From: the human T2T-CHM13v2.0 reference genome, Homo sapiens
Assembly (NCBI RefSeq): GCF_009914755.1
Contig: NC_060938.1
Reading direction: 5' to 3' (one strand)
DNA: 64,000 nucleotides
In this document: piece by piece, positions 14,046-28,514 of the stretch
Numbering within the stretch: the first letter of the stretch is position 1
Layout: every line of letters starts with the position of its first letter
Notes under the pieces: generated by a model
What the model was told of the DNA's origin: nothing
The model's input: the letters and a program-made list of their open reading frames with translations, nothing else
Database searches by the model: none
Made by a program: the position numbers and the translations under genes

Positions 14046-16487
14046 CAGTAGAAAAAAAATCAATTAAATTAAACGCTGGTTCTTTGAAAAGATCAATGCA
14101 ATTGATAAACCTCTAAACTAACAAAAAAAATGGAGAGAAGACACATTGGCAAAATCAGGAGTGAAAAACAGAAAATCATTGCAGACTCCTCATATTAAAA
14201 GCATAACAAGGAAAAAAATACAGACAAATCTGTATGCATTAAATTCATGCACACAATAACTTAGATGAAATTAGCCAAGAAATAAATAAAACTGAAAAGA
14301 AAGAAGTAAAGTTGACTATACATGCACATGACTGTCTGTGTAGAATATTCTAAGAAATATACAAAAAGCTCCAAGATCTTATAAGTGCAAAATAGTTGAA
14401 CAGGCACCTCACAAAAGGAGGTATACTGATGAAAAATAAACACATGAAAGATATTGAGTGTCATTAGCCATCATGGAAATGCAAGTGAAAGTCACCATGA
14501 CATACCACCACACACAGATTAGAAGAGTTAAAATAATAATTTTTAAAGTGGCAATACCAAATGCTAGTGAGAATGCAGAAAAACTGGGACTTTCATAAAT
14601 TGCTGATAGGAACTCCAAATGATGTTGACACTCTGAAAAACAGCTTGTTAGTTTCACATAAAGTTAACATGCACTTACCATATAATAATCCAGCAATCCC
14701 ACTGATGAGCATTTAACCTAGAGAAATTATACTTATTGCCACACAAAAATCTGTGTACAAATATATATAGCAGCTCTATTAATAATCAATCCAAACTGGA
14801 AATAACCTAAATGTCTTCTAATTGGTTAATGGATAAACAAACTGGATACATCCATACAAGGGAATACTTCTCAGCAATAAAATAAATATACTATTGATCC
14901 ACAAACAACACAGGTAGATCTGAAAGGCATTATGCTGACAGAAAGAAGCAAACCTCCAAAGGTTACATACTATGTGATTCCATTTATATGGGATTCTGAA
15001 AAAAGCAACATAGTAGGGATGTAGGGCAGTTCAATGTTTTTCAGAAGTAAATGTGGGAAAATATTTGATAATTAAGGAGTAGTACAAAGATTTTTGGAGT
15101 GATAGAACTGTTCTGTGTCCTGAATATGGTGGTAGTTATACTAATCTAAATGTGTTAAAACTCATAGAAGTGTATACTGAAAGAGGTCAATTTTACTGAA
15201 ATTTTAAAATAATGATAAATAAATATGAATACTGTATATGTTCATAATTTAATGTTCAACAATGAAAGCAAACTGTGGCCATTTCATTTATCAATTTCCC
15301 TTGTTCAGAGATCTAAGAAATTATTTTTTATTGCAGTACTCATAAGATTAATGAGATAATGTTTGTGAAATGTTTTGAACTCCTTAAAAGGAAGTTGCTA
15401 TGCAAATATAAAGTGTTGTTATTACCCAGGCACTATTTTTTTCTTTTGCTTAAATGCTGAAGTTTATGATCATCTTCATTTTTCACATTATTTTTAATGA
15501 ATTGTAACAATAAAATGTGGTAGCCAAGATATAAAATGAAACTCATGTGTTAATGAGGATAAAACTTTGTAATTAGAATTTGAAATATCAGTCTGTCTAA
15601 AGATAATTGGCTCTAATGATTATTTCTCTGTGTACACAAGCTACGATTCTATGAAGTCCAAATGTGGCTTATTCTTCACAGTTTTGCCTAAAGAACATGC
15701 TTCAAGTTCGTATCTCCTCTGAGATGTCCTTAGCTTATCTGGGTTTCTGAATGAGGGAATCAAGTATAAAGAAGAAATGAAAGTCTGATAATAAAACAGT
15801 GCACTGCCTTCAAAAGAAAGTAAAAAAAAATACAGTCAGTTTAATTTGGACTCTGCTTCTATTACTATTTTTAAATCATTTAATCTACTTAGGAACACAA
15901 GCACAACTTAAAGATATTATTTAAATTCATGGACCCCAAACCAAAATTGTATAGCCTTTTTGTTAATAACAAAATTTAAAAAAATCCACAATTCCTCTTG
16001 TCATAGATCTGCGGTACTTATTTTGGGACCAAGAATGAACGGTTCTTTCTGATATTTGAGGCCTTTGATAATCTATCTCTGTTTAACCTGGACAATGTTA
16101 TTTCCTGAGTCTACTTCTATAGGAACCCAGTATTTCATTAGGACCTTTTCCCCCATGCATGTTAGGTTCATTCTTCCTTCTATATTTTCATTCAACTGAT
16201 GCTCCTGCTTCTCTGCCTCAATCCAGAGAAGCAAAAACTACTGCAAAAAATCGAGTTTGTTAGAGATTTTATATGAGACCTACATATACGGGTCACACTC
16301 AGGTATTTGTCTCTAGCAATCCCTGTTTCTGGGAAGGTAGTGGAATCTAGCAGTCAACCAATACTAGATATTATCTACCTTCAAGTGTGGAGACAAAATT
16401 ATGAGGAGAAAATAAAAATAATCCATTTGAAGTTCCTTGATAATTGAGATCACTCAGTGTTCAAAACTGAAATAAACCTCAACCTCA

Positions 16488-17038
<551 letters not shown>

Positions 17039-17349
17039 AATACATTCTTTAAAACCACGTAAGATGTGAAGATTCTTCCATTCCCAGAAAAAAAATCTTA
17101 ATTCAATATGTTACTATTTCACTTAAGGTACAGAAATGAATTTACAAAAAATGTTCACCCTTTGCAGCAGGGAGTAGCTCCATATTCACTTAAAGTAGTC
17201 CATATTCACTTAAAGAAACTGTCTATTCTCAGAAGTTCCTAAACACAATGTAAGATACAAAAGAGGTCCACATAAGGATATGACATTTCCTTTTTCAAAA
17301 CAGCATTTATCTTAGAGAATTAGAAAACATAAAGAAAATCGAAAATATT

Positions 17350-18020
17350 ATCCAGCAATCCCACTTCTGGGTATATATCCAGAGGAATTGAAAGTGGTGT
17401 TGAAGAGATATCTGCACTCCCATGTTCATTTCAGCATTATTCACAATAACCAAGATATGAAAGCAACATTAGTATTCATCAACAGGTTAATGGACAAATA
17501 AAACTCAGTATATATACATGATGAGATACTACACAGCCTGAGAAAAGAAGAAAATTCTGTCATTTATGACAAAATGGATGGACCTGGAGGATATTATAAA
17601 AGTGAAATAAGTCAGGCACACGAAGGCAAATATTGTATGATCTTACTTATATGTGAAATCTAAAAAACTCAAAGTCATAGAAACTGAGTAGAAAGGTGGT
17701 TACCAGAGGCTGAGGTAGCAAGTAGAGGGATGGGGAAAGTGGAGATGTTGATGAAAGTTTACAAAGTTTCAGTCAGACTACAGGAATATGTTTTAGTGAT
17801 CTGTTGCATTGCATGGTGACCACAGTTAATTATAATTTGTTGTATATTTCAAAATTGCTAAAAGAATACATTTTTAACATTCTTACCACTAAAAAGAAAG
17901 ATACGTTGGTGAGTTGATGAATGTGTTAATTACCTTGATTTAATCTTTCTACTATGTACACATAGATAAAAACATCACATTGTTTTCCATAAATATACAC
18001 AATTATTGCCAATTAAAAAT
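17350..18020 (+). mobile_element. L1 3' end (L1MA-like)
   Basis: TCCAGCAATCCCACTTCTGGGTATATATCC, ATGGATGGACCTGGAGGA, TTGTATATTTCAAAATTGCTAAAAGA. Confidence 0.88.
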
Positions 18021-18377
18021 AGATACATTTAATTAAAAGAGTTGATAAAATGTATGCATTATTGATACACTGTTATTTCATTGCAGTTATTGTCATTGCA
18101 GTTCTACTCCTGAGTAGAATAAGGCTCAGTGAGTTTAAAGTAGTTTGTCTAATTTCATACAAGTCTCGAAGTTAGGACTTGGACCCATCCAAATTAAACC
18201 ATGGCTTTCGCAAAAATCTATGAATTAAAACATATGTTAGAAGATACCTTGTTCAGATTCTTGTCTTGATATCAAAATGAGAAATGAATTCAATGAGGTG
18301 AAAATTATATCAAAGCCCTGACATTCATATCTATGGTCCAGAAATCCATGGGATACCTGGAGTTTTTATGGACATAG

Positions 18378-20780
18378 TTCCACATTTTCAGGTATCTTTA
18401 CAGCACCACCCCACTCCTGGTACCAATTTACTGTATTAGTCTGTTATCACACTGCTAACAAAGACATACCCGAGACTGGGTAACTTATAAAGTAAAGAGG
18501 TTTAATTGACTCACAGTTCCACATGGTTGGGGAGGCCTCACAATTATGGCAGAAGGTGAAGGAGGATCAAAGTCATGTTTTACATGGTGGTAGGCAAGAA
18601 AGCATGTGCAGGGGAACTCCCCTTTATAAAACCATCAGATCTCATGAGACTTATTTACTATCATGAGAACAACACGAAAAAGTCCTACCTCCATAATTTG
18701 ATTACCTCCCACCAGGTCTCTCCTATGACATGTGAGAATTATGGGAACTACAACTTAGTTTAAAAGAGAAGCGGAGCATGAAAGTTCAGAGAATTTGCAA
18801 ATGGAAATTCAAGAAAAGTTTTGGGTGGGGACACAGCCAAACCATATCATTTCACCTCTGACCCCTCCCAAATCTCATGTTCTTAGATTTCAAAACCAAT
18901 CATGCCTTTCCAACAGTCTCCCAAAGTCTTAACTCATTTCAACATTAACTCAAAAGTACACAGTTCAAAATCTCATCTAAAACAAGGTAAGTTCCTTCCA
19001 CCTATGATCCTGTAAAATCAAAAGCAAGTTAGTTATGCCTTATATACAATGGGGGTGTAGGCATTGGGTAAATACACCCATTCCAAATGAGAGAAATTGG
19101 CCAAAATGAAGGGACTATAGGAACCATGCAGTGGGGCAGACAAATCTTAAAACTCCAAAATGATCTCCTTTGATTCCATGTCTTATGTCCAGGTCATGCT
19201 GATGCAAGAGCTGGGTTGCCATGGTCTTGGACATCTCTGCCCCTGTAGTTTGCATGGTACAGTGCCCCCCACCCCCCTCTCCTGGCTGCTTTCATGGGCT
19301 GGTGTTGTCTGCAGCTTTTCCTGCACACAGTGCAAACTGTCAGTGAATCTACCATTAAGGGGTCTGGAGGACAGTGGCCCTCTTCTCATAGTTCCACTAG
19401 GCAGTACCCCAGTGGAGACTCTGTGTGGGGGCTCTGAACCCATATTTCTCTTCTGCACTGCCCTAGCAGAGGTTCTCCATGAGAGCTCCAACCCTGTAGC
19501 AAACTTCTGCCTGGACAAACAGGCATTTCCATACATCCTCTGAAATCTAGGCAGAGGTTCCCAGATTTCAGTTCTTGACTTCTGTGCACCCACAAGCTCA
19601 ACACCACATGGAAGCTGCCAGGACTTGGGGCTTGCAGCCTCTGAAGCCACGGCCCAAACTATACCTTGGTTCCTTTTAGCCGCAGCTGGAGCAGCTGGGA
19701 TGCAGGGCACCAAGTCCCAAGGTTGCACAGAGTAGGGGGCCCTGGGCCTGGCCCACAAAACCATTTTTCCTTCTAGGTCTCTAAGCCTGTGATCCCAGGG
19801 CTGCCAACAAAGTCTCTGACATGGCCTGGAGGTATTTTCTCCATTGTCTTGGTGATTAATATTTGGCTCCTCATTACTTATGCAAATTTCTACAGCCAGC
19901 TTGAATTTCTCCTCAGAAAAATAGCTTTGTCTTTTCTATCACATTGTCAGGCTGCAAATTTTTTGAACTTTTATGCTCTGCTTCCCTTTTAAACGTAAGT
20001 TCCAATCTCAAACTGTATCTTTGTGAATACATAAAACTGAATGCTTTTAACAGCACTGAAGTCACATCTTGAATGCTTTGCTGCTTAGAAATTTATTCTG
20101 CCAGATTCCCTAAATCATCACTCTCAAGTTCAAAGTTCTGCAGATCTCTAGGATAGGAGCAGAATGCTGCCAGTCTCTTTGCTAAAATGCAGCAAGAGTC
20201 ACGTTTATTCCACTTCCCAACAAGTTTCTCATCTCACTCTGAGATGGTCAGCATTTGGTCAAAGCCATTCAACAAGTCTCTAGGAAGTTTCAGACTTTTC
20301 CCTATCTTCCTGTCTTCTGAGCCCTCAAAACTGTTCCAATCTCTGCCTGTTGCCCACTTCCAAAGTTGCTTCCACATTTTTGGGCATCTTTACAGCAGCT
20401 CCCCACTCCCAGTACCAATTTATTGTATTAGTCTGCTCTCATGCTGATAATAAAGACATAGCTGAGACTGGGTAATTCATAAAGAAAAGAGGTTTAATTG
20501 GCTCACAGTTCCACATGGCTGGGGAGTCCGCACAATTATGGCAGGTGAAGGAGGAGCAAAGTTACATCTTTTGTGGCAGGCAAGAGAGCATGTGCAGGGG
20601 ATCTCCCCTTTATAAAACCATCAGATCTCTCGAGACTTATTCAGTATCAGGGAACAGTACAGGAAAGACCTGCCCCCATGATTCATTTACCTCTTACCAG
20701 GCCCCTTCCACAACCCATGGGAATTATGGGAGATAAAATTCAAGATAAGATTTTGGTGGGGTCACAGCCAAGCCATATCA
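18378..20780 (-). mobile_element. THE1 (MaLR; THE1B/C/D-like): LTR 20424-20780, internal 18850-20423, LTR 18432-18849, plus extra internal fragment 18378-18431
   Basis: Both LTRs read TGATATGG...ACTAATACA on the minus strand; ~1.6-kb THE1 internal region between them. Confidence 0.95.
19183..19764 (-). pseudogene. Remnant of the THE1/MaLR internal ORF (193 aa open)
   Basis: Peptide ...WQLPCGVE..GAQKSR.E.WEPLPRFQRMYGNA..SRQKFA...SWRTSARAVQK... resembles the recalled THE1-int ORF; lies in element sense. Confidence 0.6.
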
Positions 20781-21224
20781 GTACTTTATTAATATTTGGA
20801 CCCCACAGTTTTTGTAACATGAAGACATTTTCATTTATCTTGTAGATAACTGTGAGCAAAGTCTTTGAAAATTTCAAAATACATGAGTACAATGAAGAAA
20901 GCAATTTGGAGGAAGATAAATCTGGCTGTGGAGTGTAGAGTGCATTAGAAGAAGAAAAGCCTGAAAGGTTACACTTAGAAGTCTATATAGTACAGCTGAT
21001 TTGAGGCTAAAATAACAATTGTGATTTTAGATCTGTTGAATTTAAAACATGGTTGGACCTTCAGATAAAAAATGTTCTATCAATTCATAGAGATGAAATA
21101 GGATTGTACTTTTGGGAGTGAAGGTAATAGCTGAGTTCATGGGAATAAATCATTTCAGAGGGAAAAATATTAACAGACAAAATAAGAAAACATTAGGAAC
21201 CACATACAGAGGTAGGTGTGAGGA

Positions 21225-21450
21225 GTAGATTAGCATTTGTTGAACTGCAATATATGCCAGGATTTTGGCTAAGAAATTTAAATATGTGTCTACTTAGCTA
21301 TCCCAACTGCACTGGAAAATATATATCATCATAGTCCTACTCCTGAGAAGAATAAGGCTCAGAGACTTTACAGTACTTTGCCTAAGTTCACGCAAGTCTT
21401 GGAATAGGACTTGGATCCACACCTGTCCGGCTTCAAAGTTCATGTCCTTT
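21225..21450 (-). mobile_element. MIR
   Basis: TAGCATTTGTTGA...TATGCCAGG...AGGCTCAGAGA...TGCCTAAGTTCAC...CTTCAAAGTTCATG. Confidence 0.65.
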
Positions 21451-21870
21451 TCATTACCTCACCAAAACAGATGGAGGCAGGACATCAGAGAAGGAAGGCC
21501 ATAGGGAATATGGGAAGTAACCACATCAGTATTTTCATCTACTATATTGCCAGCACATAAAAAGTGGTTGAAAATATTTGTTGAATGGCTAAATAATAAT
21601 AAATATTACTTATTGAATCTGTTATCGATGCCATGGGACAAATATTCACTGTTTTAGATTCATTATTCCATTTAATCTCTTAAACACTCTGAAAAAGACA
21701 TGATAGTACAATGTTTTCATTATCACCCAGAATTCAAGCCAAGTTTTGTCTGTCTACACATTTGGGTTTTTAACCTCTACACTATATTGAGAGAATTGAT
21801 CAATATTAAGTTAAAGGCCATTGATCATTCTTATGAGAAGAGATTTATTGGTGATAAAAATTAGGATTTT

Positions 21871-21966
21871 AAATCTGTAGAACAAATTTACGACCTGAGT
21901 GTGACACAAATTTACCTATGGAACAAACCATCACATGTATCCCCAAACCCAAAGTAAAACTTAAAC
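21871..21966 (+). mobile_element. ~95-bp 5'-truncated L1 (L1PB/old L1PA 3' end)
   Basis: AATCTGTAGAACAAA..TGACACAAATTTACCTAT..AACAAACC..CACATGTATCCC; flanked by TSD AAAAA(T)TAGGATTTTA. Confidence 0.75.
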
Positions 21967-22087
21967 AAAAATAGGATTTTATTTTATGGGATATACACAC
22001 AGAAAGCAAAGAGAAAAAATGTCACAAATTTGGTAGAGAAATAAAATATAGAAAATGTTTGCTAGAAGGATAAAGAAGATCCATGCT

Positions 22088-22089
<2 letters not shown>

Positions 22090-22159
<70 letters not shown>

Positions 22160-22172
22160 TGTGTGTGTGTGT
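22090..22172. repeat. Compound microsatellite (AT)n(GT)n
   Basis: Directly visible. Confidence 0.97.
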
Positions 22173-22899
22173 TTGACTGAGCTTGTAGAAAATCAAACAA
22201 TAATTTGTTGTTAGAAACCAAACACACCAGGAACAACTGGTGACTGTGGTGGTGGAGTCTGTTTCAATGGAGGTAAGAAAGCATAAGGAGAAGAGTCAGT
22301 TAGAAGGTTACTCAAATTAAACAAACAAACAAAACAAAAAACAGTTCGTTCACTGAAAGCGCAAGAAAAGTTTAGAGTGAGTTGAAAAATAAACAACTCA
22401 AATCAGAAGGACAAAAAAACAAAGGAGCTCACAATGCTGAGGAAATTATGCAGAATAGTTATCCCTGGTGCTACATTTTTGTATATGGAAAAACAATTTG
22501 GCAGGTCCTCCTCGAATGGCATGTTGCTGTTAGATGAGATTAGCTCTTAGGGTTTAAAGGTTTATGTGGGCTACATCTACACCCACTCATATTTTATTAA
22601 AGAGATAGAGAATGCTTTTACCCATTCGGGTACAGGGAGTCATAATGTTCAGACACTCAGAGCCCACAAGAGGAAGAAATGGATTAAATGTAATTTTTAA
22701 ATTAGATGTTTTACTCTCAAGAGAATTAACATTTAATGACCTGATAGTTTAGTAGCTCATCATAAGAAATTTGAAAACAAGAGAAAACTTGGAATTCTCT
22801 GAAAGTTTCTAACTCATTTTGTATTTTTATTTATAATAGATTATATAAATTTTGTTTAATGTCTTATGAACATTCTTAAATTAGTTTAACATAATCTCT

Positions 22900-25310
22900 G
22901 GGGACTTCTAGAATAGCAACATGAAACCCTCAGCAAATCCTTTCCCAAAGGGCAATGATATAACTGGAAAAGTTGTTGAAACAACAAATTTAGGACTTTA
23001 GAAATTGGCCAAGAGCAGACATGAAATTACTAAGCATTTATTTGAGAAAAACTACTAAAACTAAGTAAGAATAATGGGAATCTACGGCCTTTTAGCTTGC
23101 TCCCATTATCCCCTACTATCTGCCCTCTGAAAAGGCAGTTCTACTAGAGTGAGGCAGGCTGGGAAAAACAAGGAACCTTGCTAATGGAGGGGGCTGACAA
23201 TAGCAATGTCGGTTGCAAACAGTCATGGAAGGACAATGTTGCAGCTCTCTTTAAGTTGGAATACTGATGCATGGAAGGCCAGTGTTGCAACTCTGTTAGG
23301 TTAGAATACTGATTGGGGCAATGAAAAGACTAGTAGAACAATCAGAAATTTAATAGGAAGATACAGAGAAAGTTTCTACATATCCCTGGTGGCTGAAAGG
23401 CTACATGTATTTATAAGGCTCCATACACACTCAGAAGAGACTGAAGAAAGCCTTAGGCATCTACTCTTCCCTGACTGAATGTAAGGCCTTGCACACACAC
23501 AAAGTAAAAGGAGCTGGGGCAATGTATTAACTGTTTGAACTTAACTCACACTTAGATAAATCAGAAAAGAGTAGAAGCTTTATTGGCTCAAGGTACTTAA
23601 ACACAATGTCTGAACTATTATTGTTTGACCACTAAGCTCTTCTGTTACAGAGGTGGCTCCTAGGCAGGCAGACTTAAAGTAAAAACAACAACAACAACAA
23701 AACATTAAAAAAACAAAACACCCATCAGAGGCATCAGCAGCTGCCTACTATGCGGAAGATAGATTCTAGAGAAATAATTTTGGAAAGTTACTAAACAAAC
23801 AAATAGCAACAGCAACAGCTACTGGGGGGATGGATCATGATACAGAGTTGTTATGACACATTATTTAAAATATCCAGTTTTCAACAAGGCATGAAAAAGC
23901 AACAACAAAATGTGAATGCATACATCACAATTTGGGGATTTCAATGGAAATTGTCTGTGATGAGGTGGAAAGAGAGGGAGAAGACCCAAATGTTGGAGCT
24001 AATAGACAGACTTCAGAGCAGCTGTTAAAAATATGCTTTAAAGACTCAGGAGAACACATGTAAAGAATTAAAGGATAGTATAATAACAGTGACTCGGTCA
24101 ATATAAAACATTTCTTAAAAAAGATAAGTGTATTTCATAATAAAATAGAACCAAAGAAAGAAAGAAAAAATCACCAGAGGTACTTAACAGCAGATTTGTT
24201 CTGGTAGAAGGAAGAACCAATGAAGCTGAAGACACATCAATATAGATTAACCAATCTGAAGAACACAAAGTAAAAGAATGAAGAAAAATGAATGGAGCCT
24301 CAGAAACCTTTGCCACTCACCAAAGCACTCCAATTTATATGTAATGTGAGTCCCAGACAGATAAGATAAGAAGCGAGAGAAAAGTCTTTGAAGAAATAAT
24401 GGCCTAATTTTTCTCAAATTGGATGGAAAACTATTTATCTACACATCCAAGAACTGCAACAAACCCAAGTAGGCTAATCGCAAAGAAAAAGCAAACAAAC
24501 AAACAAACAAACAAAAAACATCTAGACACATCATAGTTAAACTGTTGCAAGACAAAGAGAAAATATTGAAAGCAGTGAGAGAAAAGCAATTAATCACATG
24601 TAAGGAAACCACAGTAAGATTAAAGGTGATCTTTCATGAGAGATAATAGAGGGTAAAAGGTGGCAGGATGACATATTTAAAATACTGAGGGAAAAAAATC
24701 TGTCAATGAATAATTTTATACCCAGCAAAATTTTACTTCAAAAACTGAGGTGAAATAAAAACATTGCCAGATATACAAAGACTGGGAATTTGTTGCTAGC
24801 AGACCTGCCTCAAGGAAACACTAAAGAAAGATATTCAGGAAGAATAAAAATGACACTCAATAAATAATACCTTTAATCTACATGAAAAAGACAAAGAACA
24901 ATGGAAAAGGTAAGTAAATGTAAAGGAAAAAATATTTTTCTCCTTTCTTCTCTTAACTGATTTAAAGAATAATTGCATAAAACACTATTACAAAATGGTT
25001 TCAATACATACAACTGTAATATATATGACAATAATATCACAAAAAGGGTGGTGGGAATGGAGCTATATTGGAGCAAATTTCGTATATTTCACTGGAATTA
25101 AGTTAGGGTTAATTTGAAGTAGTGATAAGTAATATGCATATTATAATCCCTAGAGGAATCATCAATAAAATAACTAAAACAAATAGTAAAAATTCAACAA
25201 AGGAATTAAAATATTACACTAAAAATATGTATCTAGCACAAAAGAGGCAGTTAAAGAGGAGCAGGGGAACAAAAAAGACAGGAGACATAGGCCAAACAAA
25301 TGGCAAAAGG
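22900..25310 (+). mobile_element. Ancient L1M 5'UTR/ORF1/start of ORF2
   Basis: ORF1-type motifs TTTGAAGAAATAATGGC, CTAGACACATCATAGT.AAACTG, GAATTTGTTGCTAGCAGACCTGCC; degenerate. Confidence 0.75.
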
Positions 25311-26399
25311 ATTAATAGGTATTAACACAGTAGAGGGAGGGGGCAGAGAGAACAATGTTTCAGGCAATGTGGAAAGATCAGAGATGAAAGAGTGTGCAAC
25401 CTTTTGGCAATTAAAGGAAGCAGACCCTTCTCCATGGGCCTTAATGTGTCTTCAGATGAACTAGTATTTGGTTCCTTAAGATAGGCCTAAGCAAAGGGTA
25501 TGCAAAATTTAGTTACTTTATGAAGGTCGTCAAAGTGAATATTGATTGGATAATGAATGAAGAGAGCAGGGGACAGATGGCTTTCTTATTTTAATCACTG
25601 TACTTATTATATACATTCAGTGAAACGGCTGACCATAGATTTCTCAAAATTGTCTCTATCAGAGTGTGTATTCACTAAACTCAAAGATTATTTCTTCCTT
25701 AGGGATAATGGACATATAAAAAGCATCACTGATGAAAACATTTCTCTCAAGGCTGTCCCCTTGCTCAGGCCAAAAGCAAGAACCATGGTAGGTTGCTCTA
25801 ATGGTCCTGGATACATAGAGACTAGCAATTTTCATAGCATCTTGGGTGAGCTGACAATAATATGGTTGTTTGAAGAAATATTGCCTCTGTGACAATGATA
25901 GAGGACACATCTTTCCTCAAATGAGTTTCTGTCACTTCTTTTACTTTTGTCATAATGATAAAAGATACCTTTTCTGCATCAAAAATGCTAATCTGCATCT
26001 TGTATTAAATATAAACTACTAACCTGCCCACATTATTTTTTATAATATACCATGGATGTGAAGTCTTGGCAAACTTATTGCTGGTATTTAGCACAGAAAT
26101 GGGTGCTGATTTACTAAAATTGGAGTCTTTGCATCTTCACTAATATTGCTGGTGGCGGAAAGTGGCATGACTCTTAGTGGCCCACTTTTTTCCTTGACAT
26201 TGGCAGTTGTTTTCTCACCCCTTTGCTTGATGACACTGCAGTATAGGCTGTGTCAGTATCATTGCCACGCAGAAATTCTTTAGACATAGCTACTGTGAAT
26301 GCAGCAGGAAAGGGCTGTTCACTACAAACTGCTGAAATAGTTGCTAAGGGTGCCCCCAAAAGGCTAAATCCATGATCTTGCCATAACATGTTCTGCTGT

Positions 26400-27270
26400 T
26401 ACCTACTTAATCCTTGAAATTATTTCTTCTCTTGATTTCTGTAATATTACTCCATTTGATTCTACCTCTGAAAATTACTTTTCAATTTTCCTCATATTCT
26501 GACGGATCCTTCCAAATCAATACTTCTCAGGTTTGTGCCCTAAGACCACTTTCCTTTCATTATATTTATTTTCCCCCAGGGATGAGTCATTCCCCATTAA
26601 CATATTGTGGGATGTTGACTTTCAAATCTCTATCTTCAATTCCAGATTTCTTTCCTAAACCCCAGACTCATAGCTAACTACTTTTAGAACATTTCAAACT
26701 TGGGTGTCCTACAGGAACTTCATATACAAATGTTAAAATGTGAACTCACTCTACATCTCTAACTTCTTCTGATTAATCCTTCCTTTCAGCTTAAACAATG
26801 TTGGTTTCCTGGGATTTACACAGAATAAATCCCGAATACCCAGAATAACACACAAGGGCCTCCAGACCAAGATCATCACCCATTTCTACTGGATGGACTT
26901 CTTCAGTTCTTCCTTACTTTTATTCTTCTGTTATAAAGAAGTACTTTTGTCTTTCTAACAGTCCTCTTTGGACCTTCATGTCTTCGTTCATGCTGTTTTC
27001 TCCTACTTTCAGCCAGGTATATTCCTATGATTTTTTCTAGCTCTGCTCAAACATCATTCTGTTGCTTTCTTTCTCCATTATTAACTGTTCTCCTTGATGC
27101 TTTATACCTTTACATCTTATTTTCTAAAAGCACCAAATTTGTTTATTCACTTCTATATAATAAATTTATTTTGTGCAGGGACCATGTCTTATTCACATTA
27201 CAAAATCTTAGAATCTAGCAAAGAGCTGTGTAGAACAGATGTGAAATAATTTTTTGCTGCATGGATAATC
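26400..27270 (+). mobile_element. L2 fragments
   Basis: Pyrimidine-rich degenerate L2 3' motifs (TCCAGATTTC..CCCCAGACTCATA; GCAGGGACCATGTCTTATTCA). Confidence 0.5.
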
Positions 27271-28514
27271 AACTTCTGTGTGGTTTTATAATGTACAGTA
27301 ATATTTGGTTACTCTTGCCAATCAAGGACTCTAGGATATTTTATACTATATGGATAATATTATCATAGTTTCTTTTCCTATAATCTTTTTAGAATCCCAT
27401 ATCAAGCAAGAAAAGTTATTGATTACATTTTATACTGCAGCTGATAAAACATAGGCATATAAACTATATAAATTATCATAATTCAAACAATAAGCCTCTA
27501 ATTTATATTACGCACATATTAAGAGGGAAAAACTTTATATGCTTCCACTCCTTTTCCATTTTCCTGAAATTGCTTAGAAAAGGTATCATAGAAAAGGTGT
27601 CAGTTATATTCCTAGGTTGGCAAGAGAGTTATTGTCTTACTGATTTACATTCTATTCTTTCAAGTTGGTGGTACATGTATGCTTGTGTATGCAAATTCAC
27701 TTGTGCATGCATGAGCACACGCACACACACACACCCTACCCCTAGAGAAAAGCAGATGAAGGAACTTTAAAATTTTTATACTTGTTAAAGTTCAATAGTA
27801 ATACAAAACAGAGACTAATAATTGGAAAGATTATCTATTGTCCCCTCATTCCTCCAAGTGGAAAGAGTACAGTCTTAACATACTTATCTAATATACTCAA
27901 GTGTTCCACAACTCTTGTAACATTCTTCCAAACATTAATTACAATTTTTTTTCTGTTACATAGTATGCTATTCCCATCCTGCTACTAAGGAAAACAGCCC
28001 ACATTATTCATATTATATACCTCAAATCTGCTAGGTCCAATTTGTCTTCTCCAGGCTGTAGAACTTCACTTGAGATGCCTTTCTGTTTAGGGATTACTTT
28101 CTAGTATTTTTTGGTTCACCTCAGAACCATCTTTAGATCATATGAAAAGAAACCAGATCTGGTATTCTAATAAATCTCTAGCTTATATTGACTAAATCAG
28201 GAAGCTACATTAAGATGCTATTTGCAATATTCCAACTACTCAGAGTCATCCTAACTATGCCTCCAAGCACTCTGTTTGGCTTTGGTCACTTTTCACTTTG
28301 AAAGCCTTCCTTTCTATTAGAAATTAAACCACATGCAAGACAGGAAGGCCTCACTCCACTTTGAAACATACTTTTACTGCTTCAGAGTAGATAAAACTAC
28401 ATTCTACACTATGAGCTTTTTTCCTGCTTTCTGAGCAGACACTTCTGCTCCTAGTTGGCCTGAAAACCCTAGTGTGAACGATGAATGAAAATAGTTCAAT
28501 GAGGTGGACACATA

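Noticed and set aside
19183-19764. Longest ORF in the window (193 aa) as a novel or domesticated protein gene
   Set aside because: It is a fragment of the THE1 internal ORF inside an old element, with no evidence of selection or expression
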